Source: Acidimicrobiales bacterium (GTDB lineage: Bacteria; Actinomycetota; Acidimicrobiia; Acidimicrobiales; VFJN01). From it: a stretch of 64,000 bases of DNA. The notes below the pieces were generated by a model that was given only the letters and a program-made list of their open reading frames with translations, was not told the DNA's origin and ran no database searches. Where the stretch lies: positions 702-64,701 of the forward strand of contig JAUXRW010000069.1 in NCBI GenBank assembly GCA_030681555.1, in the 5' to 3' direction. Position numbers and translations under genes: made by a program. Shown here in pieces: positions 9,389 through 18,339 of the stretch (positions are counted from its first letter, which is position 1; the number at the start of each line of letters is the position of its first letter).

Positions 9389-10172
9389 CCCCGCCAAGCC
9401 CGTCCTCGACATCGACTCGGTGTCCATCCGATTCGGCGGTGTCCAGGCGCTGGCCGAGGTCTCCCTGAAGATCGGGGAGGGCGAGATCGTCGGCATCCTC
9501 GGGCCGAACGGCGCCGGGAAGACGACGCTGTTCAACTGCGTGTCCGGCTTCTACGCACCGAACAGCGGCCGGGTGCGGCTCTTCGGCGAGGACGTCACGG
9601 AGATGAAGCCGGAGGACCGGGCCCAGCGGGGCCTCGGCCGCACCTTCCAGCTGGTCGGGCTCGTGCGCAGCTTCACCGTCCTCGAGAACCTCGTCGTCGC
9701 CCAGCACGCCAGTGTCCGTTCGAGCGGTCTGGCCGCCATCGTCGGAGCGCCGGGCGCGCGACGCGAGGAGCGCCTCCTGCGCGAGCGGGCCGACGACGTC
9801 CTCGACTTCATGGGCCTCACGGCGTTCCGCGACCGCCGCATCGGCGGGCTGCCCTACGGGACCCTGAAGATGGTGGAGGTGGCTGCAGTGCTGGCCACCG
9901 ATCCATCGATCCTGATGCTCGACGAGCCCCTCGCCGGCGCCAGCGGCGAGGAGGGCAACATCTTCTGCGACCGCGTCGAGCAGATGCGCACCGAGCTCGG
10001 CCTGTCCGTCATCCTCATCGAGCATCACGTGCCCCTCGTGCTGCGCAGCTCGGACTACGTGTACGTCCTCAACTTCGGGGCGCTGCTCGCCGAGGGCACG
10101 CCCGAGCAGGTGCGCGACAACTCCGAGGTGGCCGAGGCCTACATGGGAGAGGGGGCGAGCACCCTTGCCTGA
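9375..10172 (+). CDS. livG: branched-chain amino-acid ABC transporter ATP-binding protein
   Basis: Walker A GPNGAGKTT, signature-like LPYGTLKMVEVA, Walker B ILMLDEP. Confidence 0.9.
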   Translation: MLAPDPAKPVLDIDSVSIRFGGVQALAEVSLKIGEGEIVGILGPNGAGKTTLFNCVSGFYAPNSGRVRLFGEDVTEMKPEDRAQRGLGRTFQLVGLVRSFTVLENLVVAQHASVRSSGLAAIVGAPGARREERLLRERADDVLDFMGLTAFRDRRIGGLPYGTLKMVEVAAVLATDPSILMLDEPLAGASGEEGNIFCDRVEQMRTELGLSVILIEHHVPLVLRSSDYVYVLNFGALLAEGTPEQVRDNSEVAEAYMGEGASTLA

Positions 10173-10887
10173 GCAGACGAAGGAGATGGTGGAGCTCGTC
10201 GACCTGCGGGCCGGCTACGGCGCGCTGCCCGTGCTGCACGGGTTTTCGATCGCGGTCGCACCGGGCGAAGTAGCCGTGCTGCTCGGCCTCAACGGGGCGG
10301 GCAAGTCCACGGCGGTCAAGGTGCTGTGCGGGGCCGTTGCGGCCACCGGGGGCTCGGTGAGGTACCGCGGCGAGGAGATCACCGGGTGCTCCACGGCCGG
10401 GTGCGTGCAAAAGGGCATCGTCATGGTGCCGGAGGGGCGTCGCGTGTTCGGCGGGCTCTCGGTCGAGCGCAACCTGCAGGTCGGGTCTTGGACGCAGCGC
10501 GGCAACCGAGGGTGGGTCGAGGCGCAGCGCGCGCACGTGTACGAGGTGCTGCCCCGCCTGGCCGAGCGGCGGGACCAGTTGGCCGGCACCCTCTCGGGCG
10601 GCGAGCAGCAGATGCTCGCCATCGGCCGGGGCCTCATGGCCAACCCGTCGGTGCTGGTGATCGACGAGGCATCCCTCGGCCTGGCGCCCGTCATCGTCAG
10701 GGAGATCCTGAAGATCGCCCGCAACCTCGCGGAGGAGGGCACCACGGTCATCCTCGTCGAGCAGAACGTCGGCGCCCTCGAGGTGGCCGACGTCGGGTTC
10801 TTCGTCGACCAAGGCGTCGTTACCGCCACGCTGCGGGGCAAGGAGCTGGCCGACGGCGAGCTCATCCGCAGCCTCTACCTCGGGTAG
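10165..10887 (+). CDS. livF: branched-chain amino-acid ABC transporter ATP-binding protein
   Basis: Walker A GLNGAGKST, signature LSGGEQQML, Walker B VLVIDEAS. Confidence 0.9.
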   Translation: MPEQTKEMVELVDLRAGYGALPVLHGFSIAVAPGEVAVLLGLNGAGKSTAVKVLCGAVAATGGSVRYRGEEITGCSTAGCVQKGIVMVPEGRRVFGGLSVERNLQVGSWTQRGNRGWVEAQRAHVYEVLPRLAERRDQLAGTLSGGEQQMLAIGRGLMANPSVLVIDEASLGLAPVIVREILKIARNLAEEGTTVILVEQNVGALEVADVGFFVDQGVVTATLRGKELADGELIRSLYLG

Positions 10888-10917
10888 CAGTACCCGACCG
10901 TTCCAAGGAGGACCATC

Positions 10918-11265
10918 GTGCGCAAGTGGGCAAGCAGCTCCCCGGTCAGCGCCGGGCTGGCGCTCGTCGTCGCCGGCTTCATCGCCCTTTTCCTCGCCTG
11001 GAACGGCGCGGCGGGGCTTGACCACGTGGAGGGCCAGATCCCCTACCTCCTCTCCGGTGGTCTCGTGGGCGTCGGCCTCATCGGCGCAGGGCTCACGGTC
11101 GTCAACGTGCAGTCCCGCCGGCAGGACCACGCCGAGCTGCTCGGCAAGCTGGAGGAGCTCGTCGAGGCGCTCCGGGACGACGACGGTCGCCAGACGCCCC
11201 CTGCGCCGCGCGGCACACGGGACGCACCGCTGCGCGCCGCGCCGGAGGGACGCCGCACCGCCTGA
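10918..11265 (+). CDS. small two-TM membrane protein, hypothetical
   Basis: GTG start preceded by AAGGAGG. Two hydrophobic helices and a charged tail. Confidence 0.6.
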   Translation: MRKWASSSPVSAGLALVVAGFIALFLAWNGAAGLDHVEGQIPYLLSGGLVGVGLIGAGLTVVNVQSRRQDHAELLGKLEELVEALRDDDGRQTPPAPRGTRDAPLRAAPEGRRTA

Positions 11266-11302
11266 GCTCAGCCGACCGAGACGTGCCGCCGGCGGTTGTC
11301 GG

Positions 11303-11320
11303 GAACGAGAGCGTGTTCTA
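11303..11320. promoter_or_regulatory. AT-rich inverted-repeat element GAACGAGAGCGTGTTCTA (related to 19231-19256 and 60689-60702)
   Basis: On the reverse strand it reads TAGAACACGCTCTC. It shares GAACGAGAnnnTGTTCT with the 19231 palindrome. It lies between two convergent stop codons. Confidence 0.4.
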
Positions 11321-11343
11321 GGCGCGGACCATGGCAGGAGCCC

Positions 11344-11790
11344 TCAGGAGCGCGGCCGCAGGACGGCCTGCGTCTGCATCACCTTGCCGACGAGCCGCCC
11401 GGCGTCGTCGGTGACCGCCGTCTCCACCGCAATGGTGGAACCACCGCGGTGCAGGAGCGTGGAGGTGGCGGTCACGGCGCCGCCCTTCACCGCTCCGAGG
11501 AAGCTCGTGCTCGACGTGATGGTGGCGGTGCCGGCCGCGCCCTCGGGGAGGTTCAGGTAGGCGCACGCCGCACCGGCAGAGTCGGCCAGCGCCATGACGA
11601 CGCCACCGTGGAGCAGCCCGCCGGTGGTGCACAGCTCCGGCTTCCAATCGAGCTGGAGCACGACCTCGTCCGCCTCGAACCGGCTGGCCGTGACGCCGAG
11701 CGTGGCGCACAGCGGCATGGTGGCGTGGACGATCGCGGTCGGATCCTGGGTGGGGGCGTCGGCGGGGGAGGGGGTCGGGGGGTCGCTCAT
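11344..11790 (-). CDS. PaaI-family (hotdog fold) thioesterase
   Basis: GGLLHGGVVMALADSAGA motif in a 148-aa protein. Confidence 0.8.
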   Translation of the reverse strand: MSDPPTPSPADAPTQDPTAIVHATMPLCATLGVTASRFEADEVVLQLDWKPELCTTGGLLHGGVVMALADSAGAACAYLNLPEGAAGTATITSSTSFLGAVKGGAVTATSTLLHRGGSTIAVETAVTDDAGRLVGKVMQTQAVLRPRS

Positions 11791-11802
11791 GGGCTCAGCA
11801 TG

Positions 11803-12678
11803 TCAGGCCGTGGTGTCGGGCAGCGGGGGCAGGCTCATCGGGTTCGGGTGGCGGATCACCCCGGCCGCCTGGATCCGACGCGCCCACGGTTCGAGCACTG
11901 CTGCCACATCCTGCGTCGCCTCCTCGCCGAGGTGGGCCCAGGGCGCCAGGGCCAGCTCGTCTGTGCGGGCCTGGATGGTGCCGTGGAGCGCGCGACCGTC
12001 GGTGGTGAGCCCGCCCTCGGGGTCGACGACGCCGCGAGCCACGAGCGCCTCCGTCGCCGCCGCCCACTCCTCGTCGCTCCACCCTCGCGCGGGTTGGGTG
12101 ACGGCTTGCGGCGCGCCGCCGGCCGCGCCGGCGAGGACGTGGGCCTGGCAGCCGTCGATGCCGGCGGCGACGAGCGCGGCGTTGTGACCGTCGCCGCGGT
12201 GCTCGCGCAGGCACGTCAGACCATGCCAGAGGGCCAAATGCGCGGGCTCGGGCCAGGGGAGCGACGCGTTGGCGGCGAAGAGGGCACGGCCGGCAACGGG
12301 ACAGGCGTCGACGCCTCGTCGCAGGGCATCGATGGTGCCCGCGAGCGGTGTGATGTCCACGACGTCGTCGCCGAGCACGGCTCGCAGCGCGCGGTCCATG
12401 CCGTCGAGGCGGGCGGCCAAGGCATCGGCCGGCGACGCGAGCCCCCAGACCGACGGCAGCGCCCGCTCGACCATCGTCGGGTGGAAGTTGAAGAACGTCG
12501 CGGTGACCAGCCCGGGGCCGACCGGGCCGAAGGGCGCGGCGCGCGTGGCGAAGTAGCCACGCCAGAACCCGCGGAGGCCGGCGGCCTCCCAGCCGTCGAA
12601 GGAGCCCTGCGCGAAGTAGGTGAGGGCGTGGATGGGCTCGCCCACGAGCCACATGCGCCGGGCGACCGCGGGCTCCAT
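11803..12678 (-). CDS. conserved actinobacterial hypothetical protein
   Basis: High-GC3 ORF. The ATG at 12676-12678 (MEPAVARRMW...) is preferred over the TTG at 12720. No catalytic motif recognised. Confidence 0.7.
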   Translation of the reverse strand: MEPAVARRMWLVGEPIHALTYFAQGSFDGWEAAGLRGFWRGYFATRAAPFGPVGPGLVTATFFNFHPTMVERALPSVWGLASPADALAARLDGMDRALRAVLGDDVVDITPLAGTIDALRRGVDACPVAGRALFAANASLPWPEPAHLALWHGLTCLREHRGDGHNAALVAAGIDGCQAHVLAGAAGGAPQAVTQPARGWSDEEWAAATEALVARGVVDPEGGLTTDGRALHGTIQARTDELALAPWAHLGEEATQDVAAVLEPWARRIQAAGVIRHPNPMSLPPLPDTTA

Positions 12679-12743
12679 ATCCCGAGCCTGCCAGTCCGGG
12701 CCCGCTCTACGCTCCGGCAACGCCCCTTCCCCGGCCCGAGCCG

Positions 12744-12830
12744 GACCGCACCGCCTTCGTCACCGGGGCGTCCTCGGGGATCGACGCCGAGATCGCTCGC
12801 GAACTGGGCGCACGGGGCCAGTCCCTGCGC
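12744..12830 (+). pseudogene. N-terminal stub of a short-chain dehydrogenase/reductase
   Basis: The frame reads DRTAFVTGASSGIDAEIARELGARGQSL, the SDR Rossmann TGxxxGIG motif with the last G replaced by D. There is no start codon, and homology ends where the aroK 3' end begins. Confidence 0.5.
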
Positions 12831-12841
12831 CGGGCTCGGGG

Positions 12842-13414
12842 TCAGCGCTCGGCATCGGCTGGATCGGGTCGGAGCACCGACCCGATCAGCAGGTGGTGCA
12901 CGGCGATGGCCGCCTGGTCGGGTGTCAGCTCGTCGACCTGCACCACGTGGTCGGCCAGGTGCTCGTAGCTCCTGTCGCGCGCCTCGAACATCGCCCGCAT
13001 GACCGCGGCGGGCTGGTCGTCGACGAGGGGCCGCTTGTGCCCGGTGTCCCCGGCGATGCGAGCGGCAAGGGTCGCGGGGGTGGCCCGGAGGTACACGGCG
13101 GCGACGTCCGGGGCCGCGATCGCGTTGCTGGCCTCCCGGTCGAGCACGACGCCGCCGGGTGTGGCCAGCACGACGTGCTCCGTAGCCCGCAGCACGTCGA
13201 TCACCACCTTGCGCTCGAGCGGCCGGTAGCGCTCCTCGCCGCCGCGCTCCCACAACTCGGCCACGGTGGAGCCGGTGGTGGCCTCGATGGTGTCATCGAC
13301 GTCGACGAACGCCCAGCCGAGCCGCTCCGCCAGCATCCGGCCGATCGTGCTCTTGCCCGATCCCATCAGCCCGATGCAGGCCAGGTAGTGGATGTCCGGC
13401 TGGACGGTGGCCAT
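12842..13414 (-). CDS. aroK: shikimate kinase
   Basis: MATVQPDIHYLACIGLMGSGKSTIGRMLAERLGWAFVDVDD... with a P-loop and SKI-family layout. ATG at 13412-13414. Confidence 0.8.
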   Translation of the reverse strand: MATVQPDIHYLACIGLMGSGKSTIGRMLAERLGWAFVDVDDTIEATTGSTVAELWERGGEERYRPLERKVVIDVLRATEHVVLATPGGVVLDREASNAIAAPDVAAVYLRATPATLAARIAGDTGHKRPLVDDQPAAVMRAMFEARDRSYEHLADHVVQVDELTPDQAAIAVHHLLIGSVLRPDPADAER

Positions 13415-13539
13415 CGGCGCTCCTCTCCACAGTGCCCGTGTTCCCGGCGCGACCCGGTCGAAGACCCGGGAGCGGTTCGGCGGTCGACGCAGCGGGTAGG
13501 CGTCACGCGCACCTCGACGCCGCACGACAGGAGCTGCGC

Positions 13540-13863
13540 ATGCCCCGATCCTGGTCCAAGAAGCGCGAACGCCAGTACGAGCACATCAAGGAGGGCGTCC
13601 TCGCCCGAGGGCAGAGCGAGGACAAGGCGGAGGAGATCGCTGCCCGCACCGTCAACAAGGAGCGGGCCCGGGCCGGGGAGGCCAGAACCTCGAGCCGCAC
13701 GTCGACGAAGGACATCTCGCCGGGTCGACGCGGTGGCCTGCGCTCGGGCCGGGGGCCCGGCGGCCGCACCCGGGACCAGCTCTACGAGGAGGCCCGCCGA
13801 AAGAACGTCGAGGGCCGGTCGAAGATGAACAAGGCGGAGCTCGAGCGGGCGGTCGGACGCTGA
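13540..13863 (+). CDS. small basic protein with Rho_N/SAP-like C-terminal domain
   Basis: MPRSWSKKRERQYEHIKEG...RTRDQLYEEARRKNVEGRSKMNKAELERAV. ACAGGAG lies upstream of the ATG at 13540. Confidence 0.75.
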   Translation: MPRSWSKKRERQYEHIKEGVLARGQSEDKAEEIAARTVNKERARAGEARTSSRTSTKDISPGRRGGLRSGRGPGGRTRDQLYEEARRKNVEGRSKMNKAELERAVGR

Positions 13864-13916
13864 GCTCCTCAAGCAACGACGAGCCCATCCCCGGAGTCCC
13901 CACGGACCGGACGCTG

Positions 13917-14240
13917 GTGGAGGTGCTGAACGACCTGCGCACGTTGGGTTTCACCGAGGATGTGCTGGTGTCCGACGAGGGGGAGCTGTGCTGCCGGGTC
14001 TGCGGCCACTGCACCGGCGCGCCGGAGATGGATCTCATGGAGCTGCGGCGCCTCGAAGGGGCCTCCGATCCGGCTGACATGGCGGCTGTCCTCGGCCTCC
14101 GGTGCGCCGAGTGCGGCGCCTTGGGCACCGCCATCGTGCGGTTCGGGCCCGAGGGCTCCGAGGCGGACGACATCGTCCTCGCCCATCTGCCGGACCACCG
14201 CCGCGACGACGTCGGCGACCGGGACCGCGCCTCCGACTAG
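13917..14240 (+). CDS. hypothetical Cys-rich (zinc-ribbon-like) protein
   Basis: CCRVCGHC and CAECG pairs. GTG start. High GC3. Confidence 0.55.
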   Translation: MEVLNDLRTLGFTEDVLVSDEGELCCRVCGHCTGAPEMDLMELRRLEGASDPADMAAVLGLRCAECGALGTAIVRFGPEGSEADDIVLAHLPDHRRDDVGDRDRASD

Positions 14241-14259
14241 CGCCCCCGCGTCATCCGGG

Positions 14260-14535
14260 TCAGCGCCGGCGGCGGTCTTCGCCGCGCCGCGAGAGCGCCC
14301 CGGCGCGGTCGCCGATGACGATGAGCACCACCGCCGCGCACACGGCGACGACGGATCCCACGAAGTTGAGCTCGAGCACATCCCCGGTGCCGAGGGCGTT
14401 GGCGACGATCCCGCCCACCACCGACCCGATCAGCCCGAGGACGAGGGTGGTCAGCAGCGACAGCCGCTGCCGCCCGGGCACCACCGCTCGCGCCAGGAAC
14501 CCGACGACCAGTCCGAAGACGATGAACCCGATCAT
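14260..14535 (-). CDS. GlsB/YeaQ/YmgE family stress-response membrane protein
   Basis: MIGFIVFGLVVGFLARAVVPGRQRLSLLTTLVLGLIGSVVGG... is the typical transglycosylase-associated family pattern. Confidence 0.8.
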   Translation of the reverse strand: MIGFIVFGLVVGFLARAVVPGRQRLSLLTTLVLGLIGSVVGGIVANALGTGDVLELNFVGSVVAVCAAVVLIVIGDRAGALSRRGEDRRRR

Positions 14536-14608
14536 GTGCTGGCCCCCTCGCGCGGCCGGCGGCTGCCGCCGGACCGGTCCATCGTTCCCCATCCGGGTAC
14601 CGCGTGTG

Positions 14609-15088
14609 ATGCTTTCCCCCGTGGAGGTGCGCTCCGATCGGCGGCATCAGCTCGGGATCAGCCCCGAAGAGCTGTGGCCGACGCTGACGAACGTCGCCGA
14701 CTACCGGTCGTGGTGGCCGTGGCTCCGTGGCTTCGACGCCAGAGCCTTCGAGCGCGGCGAGGCCTGGGACTGCATCGTGCAGCCCCCGTTGCCGTACACG
14801 CTGCGGTTCCGGATCACGCTCGAGGAGGTGCTACCGATCGCGCTCGTGACGGCGTCGGTCGACGGCGACATCGAGGGGACGGCCCGGCTCGAGATCAACC
14901 GCTCGCCCGGCGGGAGTGAGCTGCGGCTCGTGTCGCGGCTCTCCCCCCGGAGCCCCGTGCTGCGCATGATCGGCGGCGCCGCTCGGCCGGTGGCGCAGCT
15001 GGGCCACGACTGGGTGCTCGACACCGGCCTCCGCCAGTTCGTCGCCCGAGCGTTGCCCGCACCGTCCGCTGGCCCCGATTTCTCCTGA
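14609..15088 (+). CDS. SRPBCC (START/polyketide cyclase-like) family protein
   Basis: ISPEELWPTLTNVADYRSWWPWL motif. ATG at 14609, directly preceded by an in-frame GTG. Confidence 0.7.
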   Translation: MLSPVEVRSDRRHQLGISPEELWPTLTNVADYRSWWPWLRGFDARAFERGEAWDCIVQPPLPYTLRFRITLEEVLPIALVTASVDGDIEGTARLEINRSPGGSELRLVSRLSPRSPVLRMIGGAARPVAQLGHDWVLDTGLRQFVARALPAPSAGPDFS

Positions 15089-15120
15089 CCCCGCGAGCCG
15101 GGGGCCGAGGTCGGGGTACG

Positions 15121-15678
15121 GTGCCTGCGGTGACCGTCATCGACCGCTACCGCACGCTGTCCGAGGAGATGGCCGCCCGCGTCGCGGCCGTCCCGGACGA
15201 CGCCTGGACCAACCCCACACCGTGTGCGGACTGGACCGCCCGCGACCTCGTGCGGCACCTCGTGGAGGCCCCCCGCATGTTTTTCGGAATGGTGGAGGTG
15301 CCGCCCCCCGCAGACGGCCCGCCTGTCGACGACGACCCGTCGGGGGCCTTCGCGGTGGTCCGCACCGCGGTGCTCGACGCCCTGGGCGACCCGGCCGTCG
15401 CCGACAAGGAGTTCGACGGCTTGTCGGGTCGCCAGACCTTCGCCCAGGCCATCGACCGGTTCATCTGCGCCGATCTGGTGGTGCACGGCTGGGACCTCGC
15501 CCGCAGCACGGGGCAGGACGAGCACGTCGATCCCGACGAGGCCCGCCGCATCCACGAGTCGCTCGAGCCGATGGAGCACACGATGCGCGGGCCAGGGGCC
15601 TTCGGGCCGGCCACCGAGCCGCCTCCCGACGCAGACGAGCCCACGAAGCTCCTGTGCTTCCTCGGGCGCGAGGTCTGA
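15121..15678 (+). CDS. DinB/TIGR03086-like (mycothiol-dependent maleylpyruvate isomerase N-terminal domain) protein
   Basis: WTNPTPCADWTARDLVRHLV and ADLVVHGWDLARS motifs. Confidence 0.75.
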   Translation: MPAVTVIDRYRTLSEEMAARVAAVPDDAWTNPTPCADWTARDLVRHLVEAPRMFFGMVEVPPPADGPPVDDDPSGAFAVVRTAVLDALGDPAVADKEFDGLSGRQTFAQAIDRFICADLVVHGWDLARSTGQDEHVDPDEARRIHESLEPMEHTMRGPGAFGPATEPPPDADEPTKLLCFLGREV

Positions 15679-15679
15679 T

Positions 15680-16072
15680 GTGCCCGACCTGAACGTGCTC
15701 GGAGGCGAGCTCGAGCCCTGCGGCACCGACCCGGTGACGGGCTTCTACCGCGACGGCTGCTGCTCGAGCGGCGCGGAGGACCTCGGCAGCCACACGATTT
15801 GCGCCGTGGTCACGGCGGAGTTCCTCGAGCACCAGCGGCGCATCGGCAACGACCTGAGCACGCCGATGCCGGAGTACCACTTTCCGGGCCTCGTGCCGGG
15901 CGACCGCTGGTGCGTCACGGCGGCGAACTGGCTGCGCGCCCACCAGGACGGTGCGGCGGCGCCGGTGGTGCTGGCCTCCACGCACGTACGGGCCCTTGAG
16001 GTCGTGCCGCTCGACGCCCTCCGCCAGCACGCTGTGGACGTCCCGGCCGACCCCGGCGCGCTGGAGACCTGA
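15680..16072 (+). CDS. DUF2237 family protein
   Basis: LNVLGGELEPCGTDPVTGFYRDGCC...HTICAVVTAEFL. GTG at 15680, just after the upstream stop. Confidence 0.75.
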   Translation: MPDLNVLGGELEPCGTDPVTGFYRDGCCSSGAEDLGSHTICAVVTAEFLEHQRRIGNDLSTPMPEYHFPGLVPGDRWCVTAANWLRAHQDGAAAPVVLASTHVRALEVVPLDALRQHAVDVPADPGALET

Positions 16073-16180
16073 GCCCGCACGTGCCGTCCGGATCTGTCCG
16101 GCACGGACGCCCGGCGGCGGTCACGATGGGCCCGTGAGCTGCTTGGCCGTCGTCACCACGGCATCTGCTGCCGTCGCGGG

Positions 16181-16612
16181 CTAGGTGTAGCGGTGCAGGA
16201 TCTCGGCGAAGTACGCGTCGGACAGCCGGAGGAAGGCCTCCCCGTCGAGCCGGATCTCGGCGCCCTCCTCGAGGTGCAGCACCGAGGTCTCGGGCTTGAG
16301 CTTGATGCCCTTGTCGACGAGCAGGCGCCCGTCGTTCTGGAGGAGCGACGTGCACAGCACCCGCACCTCGTTGAGCGGGTTGCCGTCCTTCCCCTCGAGG
16401 CCCCGGCTGCGCTGCGCGAAGTAGCCGTCGAGCACCACCACGAGGGTGGTGAAGAAGACCCGTTCGAAGCCCTCGATGGCGGCGTTGAGCGGCGCCTTCC
16501 GGCCGCCGTCGCGGGCGGCGGCGAGGAGCCCGTCGTACAGCCTCAGCTGCTCGGCAAGCTGGGCCCGGCACTCGTCGACGTAGTCCTTCGGGTAGCTGCT
16601 GACGGCGAGCAT
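16181..16612 (-). CDS. hypothetical protein
   Basis: 143-aa ORF with high GC3 and balanced composition. No family recognised. Confidence 0.65.
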   Translation of the reverse strand: MLAVSSYPKDYVDECRAQLAEQLRLYDGLLAAARDGGRKAPLNAAIEGFERVFFTTLVVVLDGYFAQRSRGLEGKDGNPLNEVRVLCTSLLQNDGRLLVDKGIKLKPETSVLHLEEGAEIRLDGEAFLRLSDAYFAEILHRYT

Positions 16613-16667
16613 GGGCGCCCACCGTACTGTGGCCCGTCATGGCCGACCGACGCCCAGGATCCCTCCG

Positions 16668-17240
16668 GTGACCCCGGCCGCCTGGGACGGTGACGACTAC
16701 CAGAGCCGCTTCGACGCGCTGGCCGAGGCGGGCACGGACGTGCACGGCGAGGCGACCTTCGTGCGATCGTTCTCCCCGGCCTCCGTCCTCGACGCCGGCT
16801 GCGGCACGGGCCGGCTGGCGATCGAGCTGGCCCGGCACGGCATCGAGGTGGTTGGCGCGGACGTGGACGCATCGATGCTGGCGACGGCCCGACGCCAGGC
16901 CCCCGAGCTCACCTGGGTGCAGGCCGACCTCGCCGAGCTCGATCTGGGGCGGTCGTTCTCCGTGGTCGTGATGGCCGGCAACGTCCCCCTCTTCACGCCG
17001 CCCGGCACCCAGGCGGCGCTCGTGACCGGCGTGGCCCGCCACGTGGCGCCCGGCGGCCTGCTCGTCGCCGGGTTCAGCCTGCATCGCGGGTACGCGCTCG
17101 GCGACTACGACGCCCATGCCGCCGCGACGGGGCTCGTCCTCGTCGAGCGGCATGCGACCTGGGACCGCGCGCCGTGCGTCGACGGCGGCGACTACGCGGT
17201 GTCCGTCCACCGTCGGGCGCCGGCAACGGCAGGCGAGTGA
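16668..17240 (+). CDS. class I SAM-dependent methyltransferase
   Basis: Motif I VLDAGCGTGRLAIELA. The GTG at 16668 is preferred because a 16611 start would overlap the divergent gene's start. Confidence 0.8.
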   Translation: MTPAAWDGDDYQSRFDALAEAGTDVHGEATFVRSFSPASVLDAGCGTGRLAIELARHGIEVVGADVDASMLATARRQAPELTWVQADLAELDLGRSFSVVVMAGNVPLFTPPGTQAALVTGVARHVAPGGLLVAGFSLHRGYALGDYDAHAAATGLVLVERHATWDRAPCVDGGDYAVSVHRRAPATAGE

Positions 17241-17264
17241 TCCAGCGACCCTATCGTCGCCGCC

Positions 17265-17411
17265 ATGACCTCTCCCGAGCTCGGGGTGCAGCTGCATCCG
17301 CAGGCCACCATCGTCGCCCAGCTCCGCCGGTCGTGGACGGCGGCAGGCCAGCTCGGCGCGGACTCCATCTGGCTGCGGGACCACTGCTATCCGCTCTTCG
17401 GCGACCCGGAG
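17265..17411 (+). pseudogene. N-terminal stub of an LLM-class (luciferase-like, F420-dependent type) oxidoreductase
   Basis: MTSPELGVQLHPQATIVAQLRRSWTAAGQLGADSIWLRDHCYPLFGDPE matches LLM N-termini. Similarity stops after about 49 codons, and the ORF continues as junk to 17615. Confidence 0.55.
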
Positions 17412-17541
17412 GTGCGCACGTCGAGTGAAGCTGAGGATCGACGCACCGGAGGCGTGCATCTGGCAGGCTGCCCGGCGGCTGCTGCCCCCCGGGCGCCGCG
17501 CAGCCACCCCGGCCTGCCGGGACGACCCTTGGGAGAAACGA

Positions 17542-18138
17542 ATGCTGCGATCACGAAGCTGGCGCGCTGTCGCGTGCCTCACCGCGCTGGCCGCCCTCAC
17601 AACCGCGTGCGGTGACGACGACGACGCCGACGAGGACACCACCGACCAGACCGCGGAGGACACCGCTGACGAGACCACCACCTCGGAGGCCGAGGAGGAG
17701 GGCGAGGAGGTCACCGTCGCGGCCTCGGACTACAAGTTCGAGGGCGTCCCGGAGGAGATGGCGGCCGGCACGACCATCCTGCTCGAGAACGCGTCGACGA
17801 CGGAGGTGCACGAGATCGGGGCCTTCCGGGTTGCCGATGAGGAGACCCGCAGCGCCGAGGAGCTCGTCGTCCTGCCTGAGGAGGAACTCCGAACAGTCTT
17901 CAGCGCGGGACCGGCGGCGGTGATCGTCGCGCTGCCCGGTGAGGACTCCGTGAACGCGGTCGGCGACGGCACGCTCACGGAGCCGGGCCGGTACGTGTTC
18001 ATTTGCGCCGTGCCGGTCGGCGGAGATGTCGAGGCCTTCCGCACGGCCCTCGAGACGCACGCCGAGGGACCGCCCGAGGCGGGCGACGGTCCGCCGCACT
18101 TCACGCAGGGCATGTACGCCGAGACCACCGTCTCCTAG
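17542..18138 (+). CDS. lipoprotein, acidic linker plus cupredoxin-like C-terminal domain (hypothetical)
   Basis: MLRSRSWRAVACLTALAALTTACG lipobox, preceded by GGGAGA. EVHEIGAFRV...YVFICAVP is a beta-rich domain. Confidence 0.75.
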   Translation: MLRSRSWRAVACLTALAALTTACGDDDDADEDTTDQTAEDTADETTTSEAEEEGEEVTVAASDYKFEGVPEEMAAGTTILLENASTTEVHEIGAFRVADEETRSAEELVVLPEEELRTVFSAGPAAVIVALPGEDSVNAVGDGTLTEPGRYVFICAVPVGGDVEAFRTALETHAEGPPEAGDGPPHFTQGMYAETTVS

Positions 18139-18160
18139 GCGGCTCGCAGGGGGTTTGGAA

Positions 18161-18192
18161 CGCGCCGACCGGTGTTCGAGCCGGTCGGCGCG
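18161..18192 (+). terminator. perfect 12-bp-stem hairpin downstream of the lipoprotein gene
   Basis: cgcgccgaccgg-tgttcgag-ccggtcggcgcg, 23 nt after the stop. No U-tract, as is common in high-GC actinobacteria. Confidence 0.6.
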
Positions 18193-18339
18193 GTCCGGCC
18201 CACGCGGTCGTCCTGACAACGTCGCAGGCCTGCTGGCCATGAAGGAGGACCGGACCCTCGGCGAGAACGGGCCGAACCGGTCCGTCCTCTCCATCCGGGC
18301 CACGGCCGAGCCGTCGGGCCCGGCACGCGCCGTCCGGGG

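Noticed and set aside
17425-17541. 39-codon N-terminal extension of the lipoprotein ORF.
   Set aside because: The ATG at 17542 has a GGGAGA RBS and is immediately followed by a canonical lipoprotein signal peptide. The extension overlaps the junk tail of the LLM stub.
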